NCBI GenBank assembly: GCA_020444265.1
Contig: JAHLLH010000009.1
Location: forward strand, 8,427-72,426
Direction: 5' to 3'
DNA: 64,000 nt
Origin: a bacterium
GTDB taxonomy: Bacteria; Electryoneota; Electryoneia; Electryoneales; Electryoneaceae
Shown here: positions 27,006 to 36,597 of the stretch, piece after piece
How positions within the stretch are numbered: position 1 is the stretch's first letter
Layout: the number at the start of each line of letters is the position of its first letter
Made by a program: the position numbers and the translations under genes
The notes under the pieces: model-generated
The model's input: the letters and a program-made list of their open reading frames with translations, nothing else
What the model was told of the DNA's origin: nothing
The model's database searches: none

Positions 27006-29567
27006 CTATTCACTATCCACACGCACACCCTGCGCAACAGGGATACGAGACGCATGCACCGCCGGGACTGCACCGGCCAACAGCGCGGCGGCAACCATCA
27101 AGCCACCTGAGAGGGCGATCTGGCCCCAGGGAACGATCAGCGCAAGCGACCAGCCGAAGCTGTAACGATTGACGACAAAGGTTAGCACAATACTCAATAC
27201 CACCCCTAGCGCACTGCCCAATCCCCAGCCAATCGCCCCGATCAGGCCCGATTCAAACAAAACTCGCTTCATCAGTTGCACTTTGCTGCCGCCCATCGAG
27301 CGGAGGATCGCCAGTTCACGCCGTCGTTCTGCCACCAGCGAGGCCATTCCGCCACCGACGGCCAGCAAGGCAACCATAATCGCCACTGCTTCAAGGGCGT
27401 AAGTGATCGCAAACGTGTTGTCGAAGGTTTCGAGGACGGAACTGCGTAACTCATTGTTGGTAAAAATCTCAACTTGCACATCTTTGGGTAGCGCTCGACG
27501 GATGGCAAGCCGTCCCTCGGCAAGAGACAGCGAGTCAGGGATGTAGACCGCAATAGATTCGATGCGGTCGTCCTGCCATTTCTCAATAAACCAGGGCCTG
27601 TCCACCAGCACCATACCGGCATCCGAGGAATAGTCGTAGAAGACGCCCGTAATCCGCAGGGCCGCAGGGCCGGATGGGGTGGGGAAGTGAATGGTGTCAC
27701 CCGGAGACAAATCGGCGCGGAAGGCGAGCGGTTCGGTAATCAAGCAGGCTGGCTCCCCTCGCACGATTGGTTCCGTGGGCGATTCGTCCCTGATCGTGCT
27801 GGCAAAGTGTAGCCGCTGCTGACGATGGACGCTTCCCATGTCTACCATCGCGATCGTGGTCGGCAGTCCGTCGTAGGGCACACGCGCTGTACGAAAGTGA
27901 TCGACATCCTCGATACCGGGAGCACCCTGCAAGTTGGTAAATGCTTCCAATGGTAGCAGAATATCTTTACGGACCGACATGCCGCCTTCGGTTGTGATAA
28001 TCAGGTCGGCGGTAATGGTCCCCCGCACCCAGGTGTCCACAGTCAGGCGGAACGAACGGACCATCATATCGACCGAGAGCCACATGGCAACGGCGGTTGC
28101 CAATGCTGCAATCGCGGGGGTGATCCGGTGACGAGATCGCACAAGCACGGACAGGCCGAGACGTAGGGCCGATCCAAGCCTCCAGCCGATCAGCAGATTG
28201 ATGATACGATGCAGTACACCCAGCAGCCACGGAGTCACCAGGGCGACTCCGAGGATGTAGAGGGCAGATGTCGCGTAGCCGGAATGAACGGGAAATGCCT
28301 TGAACGGGTAACGTGTCAGGATCGCTGCCAAGAGCAGGATCAGGGCGCCAAAAAGGGCCAGCTTCCGAGGACGCATCCGGTCTTCGAGCACCTGCCTGGA
28401 CATTGATTCACGTGGCGGGACTCGCGAGGCTTCCAGCGCCAGGGGCCAAACCGATCCAAGCGAGACCACGATCCCCAGGAAGGCGCTGCTGAGGATGGTC
28501 TCCCAGGTCAGAAAGAGCTGGGCGGTGGTTTCGAGCAGGTAGACCGATTGTACGGTCCGTGTGACGGCATCCACAGCTCCTTTTGCAAGCAGCAATCCCA
28601 GCGGGATCCCCACCACAGAACCCGCAACCCCCAGCCATAGTCCTTCGAGCAGGAACATCCGTCGAATGAAACCCTTCGATGCACCAATCGAACGTAACAC
28701 CCCGGCGTTTTTACGACGTTCCAGGGCGGTGGTAGCGACGGTCTGGAAAACGAGGAAGCCCGCGACCAGCAGGGCGACAAAAGCGAGGGCGGTGAGGTTC
28801 AGACGGAAGCTGGCGAGCATCTTTTTCGCCTGGGGGCGTTTCCATCCGGCCACTTCCGCACGCATCCCCGGGGGCAGGCTGGCACGTATCGCTTCCGCCG
28901 CCTCGTTGACATCGACTCCGGGCTTGAGCAGCAGATCGATACGGTGCAGTCGTCCCATGTGCCCCTCAAGTTCCCAGGCACGAGGCAGGTCCATGACCAT
29001 GATGTCGCGTGTTTGCGCAATCGAAACATCTTCGCCGCGCAACAACCCGAGCAGGGTCAGTGTGTCGAGGATGCCAGCATGATGGAAGAGGAAACGGTCC
29101 CCCTTTTCAAAGCCCAATTCTTCCGCGAGGGCCGGGGTCATGAGGACGGAACGTGGCTGAGTAAAGGGCGCGAGATAATCGTCCTGTTCGCGTAATTCAG
29201 CGCTATACCAGGGACGCATCTGGCTGTCGCGCGCCATGTCCACTCCGAGCAGCCGGACCCCACGCAGGCTATCCCCGACCTGTCCTGCGAGGGTGTAAAC
29301 CGGAGCCGCGCTGCGTACGCCGGGCATACGAGTGAATCGTGCGAATTCACGTCCATCGAAGCTGCCATCCCCTTCCGCGAAAATTTCGATGTCGGCACGT
29401 CCCGCAACCATCTCGAGGGTCCGCCCAAAGGCTTCGATCGCAGAAAAGTTGGCGGTACGGACCGCGAGCAGCACTGCGACCCCGAGGGCGACACCCCCGA
29501 TTGCCAGTAGTGTTCTGCCGGGGCGACTGAGCCAGCCACGGTAAACAAAACGAGTCAGCGGCCTCAT
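27006..29567 (-). CDS. ABC transporter permease, FtsX/MacB family (duplicated FtsX domains)
   Basis: The 853-aa product has two 4-TM FtsX modules, each preceded by a large periplasmic domain. It overlaps the upstream ATPase gene by 4 nt. Confidence 0.85.
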   Translation of the reverse strand: MRPLTRFVYRGWLSRPGRTLLAIGGVALGVAVLLAVRTANFSAIEAFGRTLEMVAGRADIEIFAEGDGSFDGREFARFTRMPGVRSAAPVYTLAGQVGDSLRGVRLLGVDMARDSQMRPWYSAELREQDDYLAPFTQPRSVLMTPALAEELGFEKGDRFLFHHAGILDTLTLLGLLRGEDVSIAQTRDIMVMDLPRAWELEGHMGRLHRIDLLLKPGVDVNEAAEAIRASLPPGMRAEVAGWKRPQAKKMLASFRLNLTALAFVALLVAGFLVFQTVATTALERRKNAGVLRSIGASKGFIRRMFLLEGLWLGVAGSVVGIPLGLLLAKGAVDAVTRTVQSVYLLETTAQLFLTWETILSSAFLGIVVSLGSVWPLALEASRVPPRESMSRQVLEDRMRPRKLALFGALILLLAAILTRYPFKAFPVHSGYATSALYILGVALVTPWLLGVLHRIINLLIGWRLGSALRLGLSVLVRSRHRITPAIAALATAVAMWLSVDMMVRSFRLTVDTWVRGTITADLIITTEGGMSVRKDILLPLEAFTNLQGAPGIEDVDHFRTARVPYDGLPTTIAMVDMGSVHRQQRLHFASTIRDESPTEPIVRGEPACLITEPLAFRADLSPGDTIHFPTPSGPAALRITGVFYDYSSDAGMVLVDRPWFIEKWQDDRIESIAVYIPDSLSLAEGRLAIRRALPKDVQVEIFTNNELRSSVLETFDNTFAITYALEAVAIMVALLAVGGGMASLVAERRRELAILRSMGGSKVQLMKRVLFESGLIGAIGWGLGSALGVVLSIVLTFVVNRYSFGWSLALIVPWGQIALSGGLMVAAALLAGAVPAVHASRIPVAQGVRVDSE

Positions 29568-30250
29568 GCACCGGTCTCCAAGCGGCCATCACGGAATTTC
29601 AAGACACGGTCGGCGCGCCCCACGACATCCGGATCATGGGTCGCGACAATTGCCGAAGCACCTTCGTCTGCGGTGACACGAGCGAAGAGGTCCATGACAC
29701 GTGCTGAAGCCTGGCTGTCGAGGTTACCGGTTGGTTCATCAGCGAGGACCAGCAGGGGACGGTTGATCAGGGCGCGCGCAATGGCGGTACGTTGGATCTC
29801 ACCACCCGAAAGCTCATGAGGGCGATGGGTGCCACGATGAGAGAGGTTGACCTTCTCGAGCATTTCCCTGGCACGGTCCATCGCTTCTCGGATGCTTTTT
29901 CCGGCCAATTCGGCGGGCAGGGCGATGTTTTCCAGGACGGTGAGTGTGGGCATGAGGTGGAAAAACTGGAAGACAATCCCAACAGTTTCACGTCGGAAAC
30001 GGTCCATCTCCACTTCACTCAGTGCCTCCAGCTTCAGACCGCCTACCGCGAGGCTACCGCTGGTCGGTTCATCCAGCGCTCCCATCAGGTTGATCAGGGT
30101 TGATTTTCCGCAGCCTGAAGGACCCGAGAGGACGGTCAGTCCCGAGGCGATGTCGAGGGTGAGGTTGTCCACGGCCACCACATCACCACCACCGCCCTGG
30201 TATACTTTACGGACCTGCTGAAGCGAAACCACAGGAGAATCTGGACTCAT
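29564..30250 (-). CDS. ABC transporter ATP-binding protein (MacB/LolD-like)
   Basis: Walker A (GPSGCGKST), the ABC signature (LSGGEIQR) and Walker B (LLVLADEPTGNLD) are present. Confidence 0.9.
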   Translation of the reverse strand: MSPDSPVVSLQQVRKVYQGGGGDVVAVDNLTLDIASGLTVLSGPSGCGKSTLINLMGALDEPTSGSLAVGGLKLEALSEVEMDRFRRETVGIVFQFFHLMPTLTVLENIALPAELAGKSIREAMDRAREMLEKVNLSHRGTHRPHELSGGEIQRTAIARALINRPLLVLADEPTGNLDSQASARVMDLFARVTADEGASAIVATHDPDVVGRADRVLKFRDGRLETGA

Positions 30251-30480
30251 CGATGAGGACTCACGTTGTCAGTTGCTGCGCCACCGCAGTTGTCTGCAAA
30301 CGTGGGACCGTGAGACCGGTTCCGTCCAGCGCTCGACACCTCTTTCGTCTCCCGAGGAGGCGCAGTATTAGACGTGCCGATGCTGATGAAATGACAAAAA
30401 GCTGAGCGTTTCTACCAATGAAGTGTTACCTTTTCACCTTCAAGATGGTCCTACGTGAAACGATAAACTACTGTAACCAG

Positions 30481-31122
30481 ATGCTTGTTGAACAAATCCG
30501 AACCGGGGGTGACCGCAACTTCGCCTATGTAGTGGGCGATGAAGCGAGTGGCGAAGCCCTCGTGATCGATCCCTCCTACTGGCCCGCACGAGTCGCCCAG
30601 GTTGCAGCTGATGCTCATCTGACGATCCGCTATGTCCTGAACACTCATCGTCACCATGATCATACCAATGGCAATGAGGAAATGGAGCAGCTCACAGGCT
30701 GCCATGCCCTTGCCTTTGGCGACAGCGATCCGGTAAACGGTGTGATCATCGAGGATGGAGTGGAACTGAAGGTGGGCGAGTTAACGGCAACAATCATCCA
30801 TACACCGGGTCACACCAAAGATTGCATCTGTGTGTTGGTTGGGGATGCGTTGTTCACAGGCGACACGTTATTCGTCGGGAAGGTTGGAGGTACCGATTTC
30901 GGGGAGCAGGCTGAGCTGCAGTACAAATCGTTGCATGAGAAATTGATGACACTCCCGCCTGAGATAAAAGTGTTTCCCGGTCACGATGTGGGAATGGCTC
31001 CGAATTCAACGATTGCAGAAGAGAAGGTAAAAAACCCATTTTTGCAGCAGCCAGACCTTGAAAGCTTCATCCACCTGAAGCGAACCTGGCTCGAGTACAA
31101 ACGAATTCATGGAATTGACTGA
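30481..31122 (+). CDS. MBL-fold metallo-hydrolase
   Basis: The HxHxDH motif (NTHRHHDHTNGN) is present, with downstream His/Asp ligands (HTPGHT, GDTLF, HD). Confidence 0.8.
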   Translation: MLVEQIRTGGDRNFAYVVGDEASGEALVIDPSYWPARVAQVAADAHLTIRYVLNTHRHHDHTNGNEEMEQLTGCHALAFGDSDPVNGVIIEDGVELKVGELTATIIHTPGHTKDCICVLVGDALFTGDTLFVGKVGGTDFGEQAELQYKSLHEKLMTLPPEIKVFPGHDVGMAPNSTIAEEKVKNPFLQQPDLESFIHLKRTWLEYKRIHGID

Positions 31123-31148
31123 ACGCTTATCTGGGGAGGTAATGCGGC

Positions 31149-33698
31149 ATGCGTGACAAGGTACTGAATGTCCTCGTTTCATTCGTAGGCCTTGTCGTGG
31201 TCGCCGCCAGCCTGGTCATTGGTGTGCATGACTACTCAGAACTCTTTATCTGGCGTGTATCCGGAGATTTGGGAACCGCCGTCACACGTGACACTACCAC
31301 CGATATCATGACCTTCAATCTCGTCAGTGAATCAGATGTTGTTGAAGGGGCAATGCCGACAATTGGGGATACAGTTCTAACCTTTAATGGGCTTCCTGCA
31401 ACTCGAGAGAATCGCAACAGTATATTTATAGGGCCCCAGGAACCTGGCACTAAGGTTGACGTTGAATTCCGTCAGCATGGCGAGACAAAGAAAGCGACCT
31501 TCCTCTTCAATGTCCCCAGAAAAGGGGACTTCATTATGTCTGCAGTGATGATCACACTTAAATATGTGATCAACATCGCCTTCCTGATCGTCGCCCTGAT
31601 CGCTCTGATCCAGCAGCCAGCAAGTGGTGCAGCGAGGATGCTGATTCTTTTCAATTTTGCGATGGCCGCACTCATTGCCAATTCGCTGGATCTGGCATCG
31701 GATACGTTCACCTCGGTGAGGTTGACACAACTGAAGGATCTTGCTGAGTCGGCATCCAATATCATCATTCCATCGTTCGCCAGTTTCTGGCTGGGCCTGC
31801 AAACGCTTTTCCCGCGCCCGATCAGACTGATGGAACGTCACCCTGTTCTCGTCTACACGTTCCTCTTTTTACCGGTGGCAGGATTGGTTCTCGCTGTGAA
31901 TGTCGATTGGATTCCCTGGTCGATCTTCCAGATCATGCTCATCGGGTATGTTGCAGCAGGATTTGTTGTCCTCGGGTACAATGTCTCGAAGACGAAAGAT
32001 CCTGTCCAGAAAAGGCAGGCGAAGCTGGTGATGTGGGGAACCGCGGTGGGTCTAACTCCAATGTTTGCGGCCATCGTATTCTTCATTATCTTTCCGGGTT
32101 TTATCAAAGTACTCGGCCTGAGAGGCATCCTGGTGATGCTGATGTTTCTGTTCACCGCGATGCTCGCGGTACCCATCACCTATCTCTACGCTTTCAACCG
32201 TTATGGACTTCTAGAGATTGAGGCGAAAATTCGTCGCGGTACTCGGCACGTCCTTATCACTGGAGTGCTGCTGGCCCTCCTCTTTGGAATTGTTTTCGGA
32301 GCGAGCGAATTGATGGCACGAGTGCTCGGTGTGACCGACCGGACGCCGGTGCTCATTTTATCGGTCGTTCTCGCGGTGGGGGTGACCCCAGCGCAACGGC
32401 GACTGCAACGGTGGCTGGACCGCCGCTTTTTCCCGGAACGGTTCAAATTACGTGGCCTGCTGGACGACTTCCTGCAACGGGCATCCACCTTACCGGACCG
32501 TGAATCCCTCTGGTCGAGCCTTTCACACGAACTGTCCAGCGGGTTGAACGCCAAGAAAGTCTTGCCGCTTCAGCGGATTAAAGAGGGTGGTTTTGAGACC
32601 CTGGATCATCAAGCTGTTCCGCTCGACCCGGAAGGATTGTTTTACAAAACGATGCTGGACGAGCGGAAACCGATCCTGCTGGACGAAGCGTTGCAAAGCA
32701 ATCACATCGAGTTCAAAGATGATGAGCTTGCCTGGTTGCAAGAAAACGAGATTGAAATTATCGTTCCGATCATCGATTCATCCACCATCCAGGGCATCCT
32801 AACCCTGACGGGGCGAGAGGGGGACGATCCCTACGGAGCGGAGGAAGTACGAATCCTCGCCAGCCTGGCCCGTCAGATTGCCTTGACCAGCGAGAACCTG
32901 TTGCTGCTCGAAGATAATGTCGAGAAGAAGCGGCTTGAGGAGCAGTTGGCAGTTGCGCGTCACATCCAGCAGGGCTTCCTGCCCAGCACCATCCCGGATA
33001 CTCCCGGGATCGAGATTTCCGCGACCAGCCTCTTTTGTCTCGAGGTCGCAGGAGACTACTACGATGTCATTTCCCTTCCTGGGGGACGGACCCTTTTTGC
33101 GGTGGGAGATGTGTCTGGCAAGGGTGCCGGGGCGGCGATGATTATGGCCAACCTGCAAGCGAGTCTGCGTGCATTGTCGAGGGTGGAAGTGCCTTTGACC
33201 GAACTGGTTGCGGGGATCAATGACCTGATTCATCACAACACGCCACCGGAAGACTACATCACCTTCTTTGTCGGGATCTTTGACCCGGACTCTTCGAAGG
33301 TGACATATGTAAATGCAGGCCACAACCCGCCCTTTGTCTTCCGGAAGGGAGGCGGCAGGGAACTTCTCGAGGCGGGAGGCGTGATTCTAGGAAGCATTCC
33401 TGGCATGCCGTACGAAGAGGGCGAGGTCGTCCTGACCGAAGGAGACCTCCTGTTGCTTTTCACCGACGGGGTGACGGAAGCGATGAACGAGACGGAGGAG
33501 GAGTTCGGCGAAGAGCGTCTCGCAGATACCGTTCTCGAACATTTTTCTTCCCCCACGGTAGATTTGCTCAGTACCATCGAAGATCGAGTCATTGACTACA
33601 CCGGCGATGCACATTTCGCCGATGATTTTACATTGCTCATTCTGCGACGCGGTAGCCAGGATGCGGAGGGAGCCGCTACAGGATCTGGGGAGGTTTGA
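31149..33698 (+). CDS. 7TM-receptor (7TMR-DISM-like) / GAF / PP2C (SpoIIE-type) protein serine/threonine phosphatase, paralogue 1
   Basis: An extracytoplasmic N-terminal domain precedes 7 predicted TM helices and a GAF-like region. The PP2C motifs follow (AGDYYDV...VGDVSGKGAGAAMIMANLQ...VNAGHNPP...FTDGVTEA...FADDFTLL). Confidence 0.8.
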   Translation: MRDKVLNVLVSFVGLVVVAASLVIGVHDYSELFIWRVSGDLGTAVTRDTTTDIMTFNLVSESDVVEGAMPTIGDTVLTFNGLPATRENRNSIFIGPQEPGTKVDVEFRQHGETKKATFLFNVPRKGDFIMSAVMITLKYVINIAFLIVALIALIQQPASGAARMLILFNFAMAALIANSLDLASDTFTSVRLTQLKDLAESASNIIIPSFASFWLGLQTLFPRPIRLMERHPVLVYTFLFLPVAGLVLAVNVDWIPWSIFQIMLIGYVAAGFVVLGYNVSKTKDPVQKRQAKLVMWGTAVGLTPMFAAIVFFIIFPGFIKVLGLRGILVMLMFLFTAMLAVPITYLYAFNRYGLLEIEAKIRRGTRHVLITGVLLALLFGIVFGASELMARVLGVTDRTPVLILSVVLAVGVTPAQRRLQRWLDRRFFPERFKLRGLLDDFLQRASTLPDRESLWSSLSHELSSGLNAKKVLPLQRIKEGGFETLDHQAVPLDPEGLFYKTMLDERKPILLDEALQSNHIEFKDDELAWLQENEIEIIVPIIDSSTIQGILTLTGREGDDPYGAEEVRILASLARQIALTSENLLLLEDNVEKKRLEEQLAVARHIQQGFLPSTIPDTPGIEISATSLFCLEVAGDYYDVISLPGGRTLFAVGDVSGKGAGAAMIMANLQASLRALSRVEVPLTELVAGINDLIHHNTPPEDYITFFVGIFDPDSSKVTYVNAGHNPPFVFRKGGGRELLEAGGVILGSIPGMPYEEGEVVLTEGDLLLLFTDGVTEAMNETEEEFGEERLADTVLEHFSSPTVDLLSTIEDRVIDYTGDAHFADDFTLLILRRGSQDAEGAATGSGEV

Positions 33699-36236
33699 TT
33701 GCAGCCAAAGGCAATCAAAACAATAATTAATGCCATCGGGCTCCTGCTCCTGGCCTATGTGTTTGTCTTCTTTTCCTGGGAAGGCAGCAAGCTTGCTCGC
33801 TGGAGTATGAGCGGCCAGATAGATTCCGAAATTGAATCGACGGATGGTGTCTCCTGGGTATTCACAGAAATTGACTCCAGCGATTTTGCAGGTGTCTTTA
33901 TCCCCGCCGAAGGGGATACCCTGATCGCGATCAATGATACTCTGACCAGCTACGACCAGATTGATGGCTTTATTACCCAGATTTACGATCCGGGTGAACG
34001 GTTCAAGACCACTTATCGCAGGTTTGGACGTGAACGATCTGCGGTCGCGGTTGCCAAGCCAGTAACTGTTTCCCGTGCCCTGCCCTTTTACATCCTCCAG
34101 GTCCTCCGTCTCCTGATCATCCTCTCCTTTATCGGGGTCGGACTGTGGGCATTTCAGAAACGATCTGACTCGGCGGGGGTGCGGGCGCTTGCCCTCTTTT
34201 CCTTTGCGGTTGCGGCCTTCATGCTCTCCTCAGTGAATGTGCTCAGTTCACGGTACGCTTCGTTCCAGATTCCGTCTCGTACTGTAATCGAGTACACACT
34301 TCGCACGATTTGGGCGTTTGTCGGCGGGCTCTGGCTGTCGCTCCAGCTGCTCTTCCCGAAACGGTCCAGTTTCTTTCGGCGGACAAAGGGCTACAGCTAC
34401 CTCATTATCCTTTTCCCGCAGATCATTCTCGGCATCTTCGCGATCACCGACCAGTTTGAACTGACCCATGCCTTCTCCCCGTTGCTGGCGATTCTGACAA
34501 CGGCGCAATTCACCGTGGGCTTTGCCCTGCTGGCACGACACTATGTGCAGTCACACAACGTCCTCCAGCGCAGGCAGACACGGTTGGTGCTATACGGGTC
34601 AGCGATTGGATTAATTGCTCTGACCTCGCTTCTCTTCATTGGTGCCTTCTTCGGCGGCTGGTTCGCGGAGCTGAGTCTGGCGACCCAACTCGCGATGATC
34701 AACGGCGCCTTCCTGGCGCTGCTGCTGACCCCGGTCTCCCTCGCTTATGCCTTTGGGAAGTATCGTCTTTTGGAGGTGGAAGGAAAGCTCCGCCGTGGGA
34801 CCCGTCACCTGCTGATCACGACCGTCCTGCTGGCTCTCTTCTTCGTTGTGATTTACATGGTCGGCGAGTTGCTGATTCGCAACTTGGGTATCACCAGCCG
34901 TACTCCAATCCTGGTCATTGCGATGTTGCTCGGGTTGGGGATCAGCCCGCTGCAAAGGCGGTTACAGGAGTTGCTCGAACGTCGATTTTACCCGGAACGC
35001 TATCAACTCCGTGTGATGATCGAGGACTTTTCCCAGCGGATGGGCAGCTTCCCCGACCGTGAAACCCTCTACCTGCAGCTCGAAGCACGATTGCGTGAAG
35101 CGGTCGGTGTGGAGCGGATTGTGGCCGTTCTTGCCAATCCGAACGGGGAGTTTCTCTCCCATGACGGCACCGAAACACCGTTCCGCAAGGACAGCGATGT
35201 AATCCAGATGATGATTCGCACGGGTCGTCCCATCCTGATGGACGAGGCGATGGCGAGTCTGCGCGTCCCCTTCTCGGACGGGCAGATCATGTGGATTCGC
35301 CAGCGACGGGTCAATTTGTTGATGCCGATGTTCGCACGGCTCAACCTGATCGGCTTCCTCGCCCTCGGACGGACCACTCGCGGCACGGACTATACCCCGG
35401 AAGTGATCGAGGTGCTGGCAGGTTTGATCAGCCAGGTGGCGTTGTCGAGCGAGAACCTGCGTCTGCTCGAGGACAACCTCGAGAAACGGCGTCTCGAAGA
35501 ACAGCTCCAGATGGCGCGTGACATTCAGGAGGGTTTTCTGCCGCGTGTCATTCCCACGACCCCCGGCATTCAGATCGCCGCAAAAAGCCGTTTCAGCCTC
35601 GAGGTAGCGGGCGATTACTACGATGTCATTGGCTTGAAAGATGGCAAAACTGTCATCGCGGTTGGGGATGTCTCCGGCAAGGGTGCCGGTGCGGCCCTGA
35701 TTATGGCCAATTTGCAAGCGAGTTTGCGTACCGCGGTCAAGGTGGGAGTTGACCTGGGAGAAGTGGTCGGCGAGATCAATGATCTTATCCACCAGAACAC
35801 ACCAATCGAACAGTACATCACCTTCTTTGTCGGGGTGTTTGACCCGGACAATGGTGTGATGACCTATGTCAATGCTGGCCACAATCCACCGATGCTCTTC
35901 CGCAATGGGGGCGAGATCGAGGAACTGAGTGTGGGCGGCATGATCCTCGGCGCGATGCCCGGCATGCCCTACGAGCAGGGCGCCGTCACGCTGGACGAAA
36001 AAGACCGTTTCCTGCTCTACACCGACGGTGCATCCGAAGCGGCGAACGCGCGTGACGAGGAGTTTGGCGAGGACCGTATCCGCGACATCGTCCTCGCGAT
36101 GGACGAGGCCGCTCCGAAAGAGGTGGTTGATCAGATCGAGCGCAAGGTGATGGAGTTCCACGGCAACCGTGAGCTCGAGGACGACTGCACGCTGCTGATG
36201 GTCTGTCGGTGTGCAAATGGAGCTACGCCAGCCTGA
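33699..36236 (+). CDS. 7TM-receptor / GAF / PP2C phosphatase, paralogue 2 (tandem duplicate)
   Basis: The architecture and PP2C motifs are the same as paralogue 1 (AGDYYDVIGLKDG...VGDVSGKGAGAALIMANLQ). It begins at a TTG directly abutting the upstream TGA. Confidence 0.75.
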   Translation: MQPKAIKTIINAIGLLLLAYVFVFFSWEGSKLARWSMSGQIDSEIESTDGVSWVFTEIDSSDFAGVFIPAEGDTLIAINDTLTSYDQIDGFITQIYDPGERFKTTYRRFGRERSAVAVAKPVTVSRALPFYILQVLRLLIILSFIGVGLWAFQKRSDSAGVRALALFSFAVAAFMLSSVNVLSSRYASFQIPSRTVIEYTLRTIWAFVGGLWLSLQLLFPKRSSFFRRTKGYSYLIILFPQIILGIFAITDQFELTHAFSPLLAILTTAQFTVGFALLARHYVQSHNVLQRRQTRLVLYGSAIGLIALTSLLFIGAFFGGWFAELSLATQLAMINGAFLALLLTPVSLAYAFGKYRLLEVEGKLRRGTRHLLITTVLLALFFVVIYMVGELLIRNLGITSRTPILVIAMLLGLGISPLQRRLQELLERRFYPERYQLRVMIEDFSQRMGSFPDRETLYLQLEARLREAVGVERIVAVLANPNGEFLSHDGTETPFRKDSDVIQMMIRTGRPILMDEAMASLRVPFSDGQIMWIRQRRVNLLMPMFARLNLIGFLALGRTTRGTDYTPEVIEVLAGLISQVALSSENLRLLEDNLEKRRLEEQLQMARDIQEGFLPRVIPTTPGIQIAAKSRFSLEVAGDYYDVIGLKDGKTVIAVGDVSGKGAGAALIMANLQASLRTAVKVGVDLGEVVGEINDLIHQNTPIEQYITFFVGVFDPDNGVMTYVNAGHNPPMLFRNGGEIEELSVGGMILGAMPGMPYEQGAVTLDEKDRFLLYTDGASEAANARDEEFGEDRIRDIVLAMDEAAPKEVVDQIERKVMEFHGNRELEDDCTLLMVCRCANGATPA

Positions 36237-36266
36237 GGCTCTTCACCTACGATACTTACTAGACTG

Positions 36267-36300
36267 GCCCCGGCTGTTCGATGCCGGGGTTCACTTGTTT
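36267..36300 (+). terminator. Terminator hairpin CCCCGGC-TGTTCGAT-GCCGGGG followed by TTCACTTGTTTGT
   Basis: A 7-bp GC stem and T-rich tail lie 30 nt after the stop of the second PP2C gene. Confidence 0.6.
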
Positions 36301-36597
36301 GTGGCGTTGCTGCGGGCTAGGACCCTGTCATGCCCAGGCCCCATGCCTGCGTCAGCAGGCACGTTCTTTCAGTTGGGGCCGTCGGGGATTCCCATTGATC
36401 GAAGACAGCAAGCGTTGTTCAGCATCGAAGGGGACCCAAGACGCGACAGGATACCCTTCGGTCACAACAGAGGTAGCGCCCGTTTGTTGATGGGGGTGAC
36501 AGGTACACTCGGTGATCAGAACCAGGTTGGGATGTTTTCCGGGCTGGGAACGGTCATATCATTCGGATAGGAGATGATGTGTACCAATCACCATCGC

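Noticed and set aside
34962-36161. 399-aa minus-strand ORF
   Set aside because: It is antisense to the second PP2C phosphatase gene and has no domain signatures.
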